From the NCBI GenBank assembly GCA_951406725.2, contig OX597818.1, forward strand, positions 108,748,001 through 108,812,000: a stretch of DNA of 64,000 nucleotides, written 5' to 3'. This document shows positions 38,271 to 50,775 of the stretch, piece after piece (positions within the stretch are counted from its first letter, which is position 1; the number at the start of each line of letters is the position of its first letter). Made by a program: the position numbers and the translations under genes. Origin of the DNA: Octopus vulgaris (lineage: Eukaryota). The notes beneath the pieces are model-generated. The model had not been told where the DNA came from. It made no database searches and was given only the letters and a program-made list of their open reading frames with translations.

Positions 38271-38579
38271 GATGGTGGCAGCAAAGACAGGTGCTAAGTA
38301 GTGTGGAAAAGTACACTAAAAAATGCCAAGTAGTATGAAGAGAAAAAGAAAGCAATCTACAAGGAACGGTTCATATGAAATAGAAATGTTCCTCAGCACA
38401 CATATGGCTACTGTTTTGTCTCAACTGACTCACACGCACAAGAAAATGATATGAACTTGTGATGATGACTTCCTTAGGCAAACATGAAAAAGATAAACAG
38501 ATTATGCCTTTCCAAAAACATTGAATGAAGCACATTATTTACATTTGAGGGATATTTGTCCTCATCTTGTTTGTTATTA

Positions 38580-38623
38580 ACACAACATTTCAGCTGACAA
38601 ACCCTCCAGCCTTCATCAGGTGT
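38580..38623 (-). ncRNA. Minimal hammerhead motif (same family as 60895/61221), within repeat 38530-38660
   Basis: ACAC CUGAUGA A GGCUG gaggguuugu CAGCU GAAAU GUU GUGU. Confidence 0.7.
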
Positions 38624-38659
38624 CTTGGGGAAATTTCAAACCTGGGTTCTCCTTCCTAA

Positions 38660-38787
38660 GCTTTATTTTGAAAACACCTGCATCCACCCCATGCAGGTCT
38701 CTCAGGTCCTTTGGAAGGATATTGAAGAGCTGTGGACCTCTGAAGCCCAGGCTATTGCAGTATCTTGTCCTACATCTTGATGGCAAC
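38660..38787 (-). mobile_element. CR1-group LINE ORF2 C-terminal fragment
   Basis: RTRYCNSLGFRGPQLFNILPKDLRDLHGVDAGVFKIK. Confidence 0.75.
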
Positions 38788-41256
38788 TAAATATTTTTAA
38801 AGCTTCAAAATTTCCCTAGGTGTTCTTGACTTAATCATCCTGACTACATTGATAAAAAAGAAAAAAAACCTCCACTGAGGCTATGTATTAAAGACATATA
38901 AACAGTTGAAAACATTCATGCCGTATTGAAGCATCTCCCCTAATTTATGCTTTGCAACTGTTTCATATTCCTATTTTCACTGTAGTTTTTATACATTATA
39001 GCAATTTTTATACTGTATTATAGTTCAATTTAGTTATGAATTCTCTCCATAAGGTACTTTTATAGTATTAGTTTGTTTAGTTTGCTAAAACACTATTTTA
39101 ACACACCTGAAAAGCTGGTGGACATTTTCATACAAAGTTGTTAGGTTTTTTTTTTATTATTATTTTTCATGGTGCATTATCGATCTGTTGCTATATTTTC
39201 TCTGGTTTTCATGTTTATAGTCTAATTTTAACACATTCAAAATTAGTGTTTTCTTTGTTTTTAACTTTTCTCCTTCACTTTATTTTTCATTTTTTAAAAA
39301 AATTTTGCTGCTTCTTTACAGATTTTTTTTTCAGCTCTTACCACCTTCAGTCCTTATAGTTTTCAAAAAAAAAACATTTATTTTATAGTGAGATATCCAC
39401 ACAATTATATGGGTAAACTATTTCATATTTCAACACCAGTTATATAATTTTTTTTTATTAATATTTATATATTATAATTCAGTGTAGTAATTATATTAAA
39501 TTTCTTCTTTATGTTTTTGTGATATCAATTTGCATTATTAGTTTATTCATACTGTATTTTAACACACACATAAATCTGTTGGGCATTTTTATTACATTTT
39601 GATCTTTACTTCCTCTATCTTCTTACTTTTAAACATTTTCAAAATTAGTATGGTACATTTTATTTATTCCTTTGTGCTAAATTTTTTTCGTCATCTCTGA
39701 AGCTCTGTGGTATCCTACCATGTCTGTTTTCAAATCCTTTTGTTCCCATTAAGTGATTATATACACATATGGTAATGTGTATGTATAGAAGGGGGTGCAA
39801 AGGCAAGTGGAATGCTCCAAACTAAATAGTACATCCCTTTCAAAATACATATGGCAGGACAAGGACAAAGAAGTGGACAACATAATTTCATTGGGGATCC
39901 CCCCCCCCCCGATGCAGCAACATCTTTTAAGAAGAGGGAAATGAAATATAATATCAGTTTTTTTAATATAATTGATGATATTGCTTATAGAGAAAGCTTA
40001 CATTAATGACTGCTTTAATATTTTATTTCATTCAAAATGTACCCATGAACATTGTAAATATCTCTCTGTAATCATAAATTCAATCTGTGGGAAGAGTCTA
40101 TTTTTTTTTTTAAAGGGGAACAAGAAGAAAATATATTATAATCACTTGTGTATGTTTCAAATATTCATTAAAGCAAGCAATTATGTGGATACACTACCAA
40201 CACAAATCAGAAAATATAAAAAAAGTGAAAGATGAAATAAACAGCAAGAGACAGCAGCAGTAAGCAACCAGCAGAGAAGTGGAAGACATGAGGATCCCCT
40301 ATAATCATGGGTATACTGAGTGACCTAACCAATAAATATCAACAGAAACTTAGAATTCTCAAGATGGTAAACGAGGCCAACAATTGCAGCTGTACAATTT
40401 CAATCCATAATATTGCAAATATATATTCCAGATTTTCTTAATTCCTCAAATTCAACATCAAACTCCATTGGTGGAATCGGTTAAATGTTATCTCGGTTTC
40501 AACAAACAACAAACTTTCTACTTAGGAAAATGTCTTCTTTATAACAAAATTTTAAACAAATATAAAAACTACATCAAGTTCACATGATATTTATGATTTT
40601 GAGTACATTAATGTGTATGTGTATATAATATATGTGTGTGTGTGTGTATAGCTTGATACACTACCATTTTATATGGCTTATTCTTGTATACACATTAATA
40701 TTGGCCTTGCATAAGACATGTATGCTGAAGCTGGAATGAATATATGCAAGCTTGACATATAAACAGACATTTCAAAAAAAACCTAGAGTTTCTATCGTTT
40801 TGAATTATAGAAGATAACAAAATGACTAAAACTGAAAGAGAGACATAAACGAAAGAAGGAGAGGAAGAGAGACGTAAGCAGAACCAGTCAAAGCAAAAGA
40901 GTCGATATTGTTACAAAATGCATTCTTTTCTCTATTTTCTTTTTGTTGGTTTTAATAGATATCTTAGTGTAGATAACTGCAGAGCAGCATGCCTAGAGAA
41001 CAACATCAGCCTCCACCCTAGACAACACAGAATACCAACAGATCTACCAGCATGATCACCTCATAGGCTAGAAAATGAAGCTGGATGTTTGACCAGTTAC
41101 CAATGATATTAATAAGAACTGAACAGTGGGCTGGCATAATAACAATGCCAACAGTGAACTATATAGGATTGCAGAGATGCACACATGTCTGTAGGCACTC
41201 AGACACAGAGCTACAACTAAGATCAAATGCAGAATGGTGCATAATGTATGAAAAAC

Positions 41257-41530
41257 TGGCAAAGGTAATTTATATCATACAACACCCACTACACTCACGG
41301 AGTGGTTGGCGTTAGGAAGGGCATCCAGCTGTAGAAATTTTGGCAAAGGTATTTTTATATCATACAACACCCACTACACTCACGGAGTGGTTGGCGTTAG
41401 GAAGGGCATCCAGTTGTAGAAATTTTGCCAGATAAGACCGGAGCCTGGTGCAGCCTTCTGGCTTCCCAGATCCCCGGTCGAACCGTCCAACCCATGCTAG
41501 CATGGAGAACGGACGTTAAATGATAATGAT
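41257..41530 (+). mobile_element. SINE family C with an 84 bp tandem duplication spanning its 5' junction
   Basis: 41257-41340 is nearly identical to 41341-41424. Confidence 0.85.
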
Positions 41531-42179
41531 GAACAAATGAAAATAATAAAAGATAAAATGATAAAAGCAGTGGGAAGGGCTTCTCCTGACACACATTACC
41601 CTAACAATGGTATTTCAAAATGTCAACTTTGCCACATGTTTCCAGAATTAGTTCAGTGGTATTTCTGTCCAGGTTTTAAAGTCACAAAACTGTAAACATG
41701 AAGTATTTTGGGGTGAATTATACCATCTGTGAAGAGAGGCATATCTTAAAGTTCATGTTCTACCAATATCGATCAAACATTGATAGGAGATAGTGGATGT
41801 TTTGATTGCTTAAGGCCAATCTGCCAACAGTGTGAACATGTTGTGTCCCTGGGAACATGAGGTTGAGTTAAGACCAAGGGGGTGATGGGTGAAGTTGGAG
41901 GGAAATGAATCAAGTTGCCAGTTACATTTATCACAAGCAGTATTTACTTAGTTAATTTGCTGTTAATATGTGTCAAAGGACCAGAATATCAAAAGTCAAA
42001 CTAATATACGTCTCATTTATTCAGATTTTTAAGATCACAATGACTGAAATAACAAGCTGATTAGCTGACATTGCGTAAAAGACATAATATGGCCCCAGAG
42101 GATAATACTAAGTTCTAGACATCTATTCTGATGAGATCAACTGAAGTTTAACAAGTGTGTGCCTGCTTCTGTGTGTATA

Positions 42180-42590
42180 GGTGCAAGCGTGGCTGTGTGG
42201 TAAGAAGCTTGCTTCCCAACCACATGGTTCCAGGTTCAGACCCACTGCATGGCACCTTGGGCAAGTGTCTTCTACTTATAGCCTCAGACTGAGCAAAGCC
42301 TTGTGAGTGGATTTGGTAGACGGAAACTGGAAGAAGCCCATCGTATACATGTATATATTTGTGTGCGTGCATTTGTGCTTGTCCCCCCTCCCCTGCCATC
42401 ACTTCACAACCAGTGCTGGTGTGTTTATGTCCCCATAATATAGCAGTTCAGCAAAATAACCAATAGAATAAGTACTAGGCTTACAAGGGAATAAGTCCTG
42501 GGGTCGATTTATTTGACTAACACCCTTTAAGGTGTTGCTCCAGCATGGTCCCAGTCAAATGACTGAAACAAGTAAAAGAATAAAAGTATA
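42180..42590 (+). mobile_element. SINE family A, near full length
   Basis: Head with ggttcagaccc B-box-like motif, body and tail present. Confidence 0.9.
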
Positions 42591-43324
42591 GTAGATGTGT
42601 GAATCTAAAAAAGAAAAACAAATTGACCCTTTAGCATTTAAACTGGACGTATCCAGCCCAAATATTCTACCTATTTTCTGCTCAAACTGACCAGATCCAG
42701 CCTCTCACACCTACCCTACAATGTCATTCTAAAAATAAACAATCACAACATCAAAATCTTAAAGCTACAAGTTAATTCAAACCATTGTGAGTAAACAAAC
42801 ATTACATTCACCCAAATAATCTGAATTGTATCAAGCAACTAGCAACAGAAATAAAAGACATTTCTTCATTTACTTATTATGGTTAAAATAACAGGTCTGC
42901 TGCTGTAAATGTTTGTCATCTTTTAAGTGTAGACCAGTTCGGTTAGAGTAAACCTAGGATTAAAGTGTTTGTCAGAGACAATCCATCCTTTTCCAGATAT
43001 AATGAACCTCAGATTACATCATCAAAAGCCCTTTGTAAGAAGACAGGGTGTGTTTAAGGAGGATTGGGTTTTGGTTACTTGGGGGTTAGATGGTTTTAAA
43101 AAACGAAAGACTGAGAGCACCCTAATTTACTAATTACTTAAACAGACTTTTGTTAAGGGGCCAAGCAGCCAAATGTTTGTTCACAACCGAAGAATTAGTA
43201 TTTGGTATATTCTTTTATCTATAATTCATATTCTATACCAGTGTTTTCTTTAAGTGGAGCACGGGACTTTGGAATGGGGTAAGCAACAATTGAATAAAAC
43301 TTGCAATACAGTTTTGATTCAAAC

Positions 43325-43705
43325 TCAGGCATGGCTGTGTGGTAAGGAGCTTGCTTACCAACCACATGGTCCCACTGCGTGGCACCTTGGGCAAGTGTCT
43401 TCTACTATACCCTCGGGCCAACCAAAGCCTTGTGAGTGGATTTGGTAGACGGAAACTGAAAGAAGCCCATCATATATATATACATATGTATATGTTTGTG
43501 CGTCTGTGTTTGTCTCCCCCACCATCACTTGACAACTGATGCTGGTGTGTTTACATCCCCGTAACTTAGCAATTCAGTAACAGAGACTGATAGAATAAGT
43601 ACTAGGCTTACAGAGAATAAGTCCTGGAGTTGATTTGCTCCACTAAAGGCAGTGCTCCAGCATGGCTGGAGTCAAAATGACTGCAACATGTAAAAGAATA
43701 AAAGA
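43325..43705 (+). mobile_element. SINE family A
   Basis: Family sequence. Confidence 0.85.
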
Positions 43706-43720
43706 ATATATATTTTCAAA

Positions 43721-43877
43721 GCACCGGTGATGGTGCCACGTAAAAGGCACTGGTGATGGTGCCATGTAAAAAGCACTGGTGATTGTGCCACGTAAAAGGC
43801 ACTGGTGATGGTGCCACATAAAAAGCACTGGCGATTGTGCCATGTAAAAGGCACTGGTGATGGTGCCACATAAAAAA
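43721..43877 (+). repeat. 26 bp x6 minisatellite inside a family C-related SINE
   Basis: gcactggtgatggtgccacgtaaaag at 43721, 43747, 43773, 43799, 43825 and 43851. Confidence 0.92.
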
Positions 43878-44227
43878 CCCCCCAATACACTCTGTGGTGT
43901 GGTTGGTATTAGAAAGGGCATCCAGCCATAGAAACAGACAATAGAACCAGGTACGGCTCCTGACCTTGCTAGCAGGGAAAACAGATATTAAATGAAGATG
44001 ATGTGTTCTTTACAAACTTTGTCCTTAGTGAGGGTGTGCATGGTTTGTTTCTCTTAAAGTAAATGTAGAGCATTGGGACAAACATGGTTGAGAAATACTG
44101 TTCTAGATACTCTTCAACCAATTCATATAAAGTGAAGACAGATAACATTTACTTGGTAAAGCAACAACCCTGAATAATCAGGGTTATTAGAGGGGGTTTT
44201 GATAACAGAGCATATATTTGGGACTAA

Positions 44228-44445
44228 TTGAGCTGGCAGACACGTTAGTGCACCAGGTGAAATGCTTAGCGGTATTTTGACTGTCATTACGTTCTGAGTT
44301 CAAATTCTGCCAAGGTCGACTTTGCCTTTCATCCTTTCGGGTTCAATAAATAAAGTACCAGTTTCGCACTGGGGTCGATGTAATCGACTTAATCCCTTTG
44401 TTTTTCCCCTCTGTGTTTAGCCCCTTGTGGGCAATAAAGAAATAG
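44228..44445 (+). mobile_element. SINE family B, near full length
   Basis: gagctggcagacacgttag...gagttcaaattctgcc...gcctttcatcctttcggg...gggcaataaagaaat. Confidence 0.9.
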
Positions 44446-46802
44446 TTATTGTTTTTAAGTGTTAATGCGTTTTAGTCGAAAGGTGTAGTTGTTGATCAAA
44501 AGTACTCCAGTGATTTTGTCTTTCTACTGGGCATTATTTATTTAGGGCTACATTATTCAATGTATTCTCCTGTTTCAGAGTATATAATTTGAGAGAGCTT
44601 TGGCTGCTACTTCTAGCTTGTCAGGTGACAATACAGAGAAAGCATTAGGGTCCACACACTGAGGTGTTGTCATATCAAGCTACCAGAAATCAGAATATTT
44701 TTCGACACAATCTTTCAACTGAAAATTTTGAAAAACTGAGTTTTTCTAAATTTATTTGTAAGATTACTTATAAGGTTATAGTGAACCAATTAAAATGTCA
44801 ATTTATAAAACAGACACAGAGATTGCAAACTACTGGTGTAATATTTTCAGATACTTTCTGGAACTGTGTAGATTGAAGAAGACCACAACAATTAACAATG
44901 CTATTTGTATGGCTGTTGTCTTTCTTACTACTTTATTTCTTTCTGTAGTTGCTATATGGAAGTGGTGACTGTGTAGAGAGCATTCGTTTGAATAGATTCT
45001 AATTTATTGGTGTTCTGATATTCTATCTTATATGTCACTAGCTTATCACATCTCTTTGTGGTCGCATATCCTTTGCCTGAAAGCTTGTCTTCTTCACTGT
45101 CTCAGTCTTCGAATATTTCTTCATATTCATAGCTAGACAATCTTATGATTTCACTATTCTTTCAACATTCAGTGGAGTTTTAGTAAAATAATTATTGTTA
45201 TTTATCATGATTAACCATGCAAGCCAAAAGCACACTGTCTAGACAAGTAATCCAAGTGTGTGCAGTATGCAAGCTTGTATGATAGCAATATTGGAGAGAC
45301 ACCAAAATCTCTTCTTCATATGTGGCTCCGAGATGGAGCCAGATTGGCTTAGATACAAACAAATTCATATTAGTTTTAATTTTTAAGAATTGCATGATAT
45401 TTTTTCCCCCTATCAAGTACATCATCAATATGTGATCTGTTTGGCTTATGTAAATGCAAAAGCATAATTCATCTTATATAATTTAATGTTTCCAAGTCTC
45501 AGGAGCCAAAAAAAGGGGAAAAATTGCAGATGGGTCGACAATTCTGAACGAGGCTATTAGCACAATTCAGAACAATGAAAAAATGTGAGATATGCTTAGA
45601 TAATGCAACATGCATGGACAAATCTTTATGCTTATAAGACTAGAAATACACTCACATACGCACACACACACAATGATTTTCCTTGGCTACTTCAGTGAAT
45701 GTTATATAAAAATTACATTGTTTCGAGTGAATCATTCCAGTGTCATATTTTTATAAAACAGTCACATATATATATTTTGTTTTCTATCGTAAAATCACTA
45801 AATAAGAAACAGCACCTAAGATAATACTGTGCTGAATGGCTAAAGTATCCTGCAATCAATTTAAATGTGATTACCAAGAAAAATATGATTGAATAGGAAT
45901 CTTATAATTTAACAGCAAAATTCTAAAATGGTTTGTGTTTGTTTGTGGGTGTGCATGTGTTTGCACACGTGCATAGTCGCTGGTTGCTATGAGTCATATG
46001 TGTATTAAAATGCTGCTGTGTGTTGAAGTTTTAAAATGTGTATGTGCAGTCATTCTCTAGCTATATGTGTTATATATTTTCTGTGTGTGTGTGTGCCATT
46101 TCTAAAACTGATATGCATTGTGTGTGTGATGACAGACAGGGATTTTACATTTTTGAGGGTAGTTTCTGCAACAACATATCTGATATTAATTTTAAAATTT
46201 AAACTTTCTTTTTTTTAATAAACTGACAGTGGTGACTTCATTTGTTATGGAATATATATTAAATACCTACTAATAACCAACAGGAACTTATATATTTAAA
46301 ATAATATAAGATATGTCAGTTTCTGCATATTTTGGGGTTGGCAACTGTCATCCAAAAACTGAAAACTTTATATCCATACTAATTATATTTATATCAAGTC
46401 AGTATTTCATTGGAACCGATATTATCATATGTAAGGATAATATTATTATTTTTTTGTTTCAATAGTAAGTAAAAACATTAGGTTTGTTGGTAACTTGGTG
46501 ACAGTTTATTCTACCATTTTCCTGTCAATTTTTTTATTCTAAGTATAATGTGTCTCTGGAATAAATTATAAATTTTAGGAGTTGCTGTTGGTTCCAAATG
46601 CCATTGTTAAGAGAATTAACTCATATGATGATAGGCGTAAAAATAGATTATCTGAATAATATCTGACCAGTGAGTCTTAAAACTGGTCTCATATTATTCA
46701 AATACAGGTAATATTTCATAGAAAATACTAAAATCCCCTAGACTGTTCACCCGCTTTATTTGAAAGGTTAAAAACATGTTGAAAGGGAAATATGTGGATG
46801 TG

Positions 46803-47008
46803 TTCTGTTGTGTCTGGGGAGAGGCATTTTCTTTTTGTGCCTTATAATATAAAACACTCACCGGTAAAATTTCCACTTTTTTCTTATTTTTATTTTCCTA
46901 AAATTTTCGTTGAGTCTTGCAACCTTTTCAATAGTGGAAATTTTACTGGTGAGTATGTTATATTATAAGGCACAAAAAGAAAATGACTCTCCCCAGACAC
47001 AACAGAAT
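46803..47008. repeat. Fold-back repeat (75 bp arms) with a hammerhead-like motif in the loop
   Basis: 46803-46877 is the reverse complement of 46933-47007. Confidence 0.88.
46898..46934 (-). ncRNA. Minimal hammerhead motif, U3-A8 core variant
   Basis: CUA UUGAAAA G GUUG caagacu CAAC GAAA A UUU UAG. Confidence 0.55.
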
Positions 47009-47084
47009 AGGCTTCAACACACGAACTCATCTAAAGAATCTTGCAAACCAAATCCAAAAACGAAATGTGGATGTGTGTTTTTTA

Positions 47085-47445
47085 TTTTTACGTGTTTCAA
47101 TCATTTGACCATGGCCAAGCTGGGGCATCACCTGGAAAAATTATCTGTCGACTGAGTCAACCCCAGTACTTATTTTTTTAAAGTTTGGTGCTTATTCTAT
47201 CAGCCTCTTTTACTGCGCTGCTAAGTTATAGGTAGATAGATACAACAATACCAGTTGTCAAGCAGTGGTAGGGGACAAACACAGGTACAAAAACAGACAC
47301 AGACATGTATTATATGACAGGATTCTTTTCAGTTTCTGCCAATCAAATCCGCCGCTAAGGCCTATGGCCATAGTAGGAGACACTTGCCCAAGGTACCATG
47401 CAGTGAGACTGAACAAACTTCTTACCACACAGCTAAGCCTGTACC
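47085..47445 (-). mobile_element. SINE family A
   Basis: Reverse-complement family sequence. Confidence 0.75.
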
Positions 47446-47449
47446 GACC

Positions 47450-47519
<70 letters not shown>

Positions 47520-47529
47520 AATATATATA

Positions 47530-47913
47530 TATTAGACAAAAACAGATAACTAAGCCAAGGCTGTGAGGAGTTTCCAGGACATTTATAAAGAAAGAAATAT
47601 AGTCTTACAGCTGTTTCTGGGATATTGTGGATATCCTTTCATCAGAGATAATATGAGTGAGGTAAATGATTGAGTTCAAAATAAGGAATTATTATGGAAA
47701 AGGAGGAGATAGGGAAAATAGAGAAAAATAAGAGAATGAAAATAGAAATAACATATAAAATATTGTAGATGCAGTTCCATTCTTCATGTAAAGTGGTGTA
47801 AAAAAGTGGTAAAATGGTTTCCCGTACATGGTAAGTTCCAATAGTAGTTTGTGTTTAGTCATTTCAAAGTATAGAACCATGGATTTAACTTCCATACTGC
47901 CTAATATTGTCCA

Positions 47914-47915
<2 letters not shown>
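47530..47915 (-). mobile_element. Penelope-like 3' remnant
   Basis: Degenerate [16 protein letters not shown] peptide followed by a hammerhead; inserted between TA runs. Confidence 0.55.
47603..47648 (-). ncRNA. Type-I hammerhead motif, canonical core
   Basis: UCU CUGAUGA AA GGAUAU ccaca AUAUCC CA GAAAC AGCU GUA AGA; palindromic ACAGCUGU stem III. Confidence 0.75.
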
Positions 47916-47960
<45 letters not shown>

Positions 47961-47973
47961 TATATATACATAT

Positions 47974-48028
<55 letters not shown>

Positions 48029-48065
48029 TATATATACATATACACACATATATATATATACATAT

Positions 48066-48114
<49 letters not shown>

Positions 48115-48175
48115 TATATATACATATACACACACATATATATATATATATATACACATATATATATATATATAC
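47916..48175. repeat. Compound (TA)n/(CA)n microsatellite; also (TA)n at 47455-47530
   Basis: Visible directly. Confidence 0.95.
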
Positions 48176-48382
48176 ACGTCAAAGTCACCAGCCCCTATCC
48201 ACACGCACATACACGCTGTCACATACACATGCACGCTCACCTTCATTTTGGAGTCACCACTACTGTATTATCTCCCCTTCTTCCTAGCTCTCCTGTGTGA
48301 CCCCTCTGTCCAGTATTCGCCATGATTTGTCGCTAGCCACTAAACCTTTTTCTATTATCTCTCCCTGTTTATTTCCGTGTTC

Positions 48383-48418
48383 CTTTCTGTCGAAGAGCAT
48401 AGGTTCGAAACGTAAAAG
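48383..48418 (+). ncRNA. Minimal hammerhead-like motif with A6U core (CUGUCGA), best copy of the family; element spans ~48175-48510
   Basis: CUUU CUGUCGA A GAGC auag GUUC GAAAC GUA AAAG. Confidence 0.6.
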
Positions 48419-48549
48419 ACTTTCTCACTTTCCGAGCATTAAACCAATAAACCTGTTTGTTGTTTACACACCTGTCTTTGTCTTTTGTTTTTTTGTAAAT
48501 TCTCACTATATATATATATATATATGTATAGAGAGAGAGAGAGAGAGAG

Positions 48550-48760
48550 AAACCTAAAGCTCCACGAGGCTCCGGCAGGGGGTGGTGGTAAATCATGCTG
48601 TACTCTTTCATCACAACTTTCTCTCACTCTTTCTCCCTGTTTCTGTTGTACTTGTATTTCAAAGGGCCAGCCTTGTCACACTCTGTGTCACGATGAATCT
48701 CCCTGAGAACTACATTAAGGGTACACATGTCTGTGGAGTGCTCAGCCACTTACACGTTAA
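48550..48760 (+). mobile_element. SINE family D body
   Basis: Matches 24810-25020. Confidence 0.8.
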
Positions 48761-48761
48761 T

Positions 48762-48958
48762 AAATGAGCTGCGACGTCACTGGTGCCAAGCTGTATCGGC
48801 CCCTTTGCTTTTCCCTTGGATAACATCGGTGGCATGGAGAGGGGATGCTGCTATGCATGGGCGACTGCTGATCTTCCATAAACAACCTTGCCCGGACTTG
48901 TGCCCGGGAGGGTAACTTTGTAGGTGCGATCCCATGGTCATTCATGACTGAAGGGGGT
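48762..48958 (-). mobile_element. Probable RTE-type 5' UTR-derived fragment
   Basis: GC-rich, CpG-retaining block interrupting a SINE; recognised by resemblance only. Confidence 0.45.
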
Positions 48959-50159
48959 AACAACAACACATCAAGAGGGAGGGAGGGAGAGAGAGCTACT
49001 GTGGACAATAGCAGGCAGTATGAAAGTTGAATTGTTCAATAAGAGAAGTGTTCCAAATTCTTTGACCATTTATTTTAAGATAGGTGATTTATATTTGTTT
49101 TACAAGAAAGTATTGCATTCCTCCTACACACCTACAAATACATTAATAAAGTAACTGCATAACTTTATCAAGAAACATATTCATTCAGCAGAAATAAGGA
49201 AAGAGTATTCACCATAGGTTAAAAATAAATATATAAATTTTTAAAAAAATATACAAATAAAATCAATAAATGAAAATGTAAAAACTTTCTTTCTGATAGT
49301 AACACCATTCAGTGTGAATTAATGTTTTGTTTCCTCCATGCAGATTTCCCCTCTAACGAGTTTACTTTGGTCAAATACATTGTTTTGTACGAATGGTGTT
49401 TATAGTATGGCAATATGGCTACGATGCGAAGAACTGAGAATGAAAGAAGCAAATAGAAATAATGTGATGCTGTAAATATGTCCAATCCAAGCCAAGTGAA
49501 CAGGAGAGTGATGATGATGATGGTGATGATATGATGATGCTACTACTGCTGCTGCTGATGATGGTGTGATGATGGTGGTGAGAGATGTTTGGCACTTCAG
49601 TTCAATTTCGTTTCAAGTGTAAAGTACAGGCATGGCTGTGTGGCTAAGAAGTTTCCTTTCCAACCACATAGATTGGGGTTCAGTCCCACAGCATGCCACC
49701 TTGGGTGAGTGTCTTCTACCACAGTCCTGTGATGGGATTTGGCAGATGGAAACTGAAAGAAGCCTATTGTGTGTGTGTGTGTGTGTGTGCACATATGTAC
49801 TGCAGATTGAAAGAATGGAGAGGTAAACAATTGGTATCAGTTCAAAGCCTGGAATTTATATATTTAAACATGAATTGCCAAGCAGTTACACCTGAGGGCA
49901 TCATAGAAATAATGGCATAAGGTGTACAGATTGTCTGTTACAATTGTTTCCTGAAAAGGTGCACAGATGGGGCTTTTGCCAGCAAATAAAATATAAGCTT
50001 TGCATGTGGCAGTGGGCCATTCCATCTTCAGAGAGGTGGAGCCTTAGTACAAGATTTAATCTGTTAGCAGCTCCGTCTTCAAAGAGAAAATGAGGTAGGT
50101 TATTAGCGAAAGAGATGTGAGATATAAACAAATGAAAGGGGCAGCATGAATGTGTGAGG

Positions 50160-50196
<37 letters not shown>

Positions 50197-50249
50197 AACT
50201 CTTGTAGCAAATGACAGACGTATACAGATTATGAGTTTATATATATATT

Positions 50250-50605
50250 CTTTTACTTATTTCAGTCATTTGACTGTGGCCATGCTGGAGCATCACTTTT
50301 AGTTGAGCAAATTCTTTGTAAGCCTAGTGCTTATTCTATTGGTCTCTTTTGCTGATCTACTACGTTACGGGGACGTAAATACACCAACATTGATTGTCAA
50401 GTGATGTTGCGATGACAAATACAGATACAAACATATATGTATACTACGGACTTCTTTTCAGTTTCCATCTACCAAATCCGCTCACAAGGCTTTGGTTGGC
50501 CTGAGGCTATAGTAGAAGATACTAATTCAAGGTGCCATGCAGTGGGACTGAACCCCAAACCATGTGGTTGGGAAGTCAGCTTCTTACCACACACCCACTC
50601 CTGTG
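50250..50605 (-). mobile_element. SINE family A (inverted relative to the plus copy at 49628-49770)
   Basis: Family sequence. Confidence 0.8.
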
Positions 50606-50740
50606 TCTCTCTCTCTCTCTCTATATATATAAAGTTAATCCAAACAAGAAAACACAAAAAAACAAAAAAACACAACAACGCGAGGACGTGGAACAAATAA
50701 AGTATTATTGGACGCTCAAGGAAAGAAGGGAAGAAGGAGG

Positions 50741-50775
50741 GTTTAACGTTTCGAGCGGAGCTCTTCGTCGGAAAC
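50741..50775 (-). ncRNA. Minimal type-I hammerhead, U4C core (CCGACGA), all stems intact; element spans ~50630-50830
   Basis: GUUU CCGACGA A GAGC ucc GCUC GAAAC GUU AAAC. Confidence 0.75.

Noticed and set aside
41690-41730. (H)GIIH kinase catalytic-loop-like peptide on the minus strand
   Set aside because: Not followed by RDLKPDN; chance match.
42180-42255. tRNA genes (also 24723, 44228, 61070)
   Set aside because: Degenerate cloverleafs continuous with SINE bodies; these are SINE heads.
47692-48325. Long YI/IY/CV-rich ORFs (also 58164-58506, 28876-29785, 31541-32211)
   Set aside because: Translations of microsatellites and low-complexity DNA.
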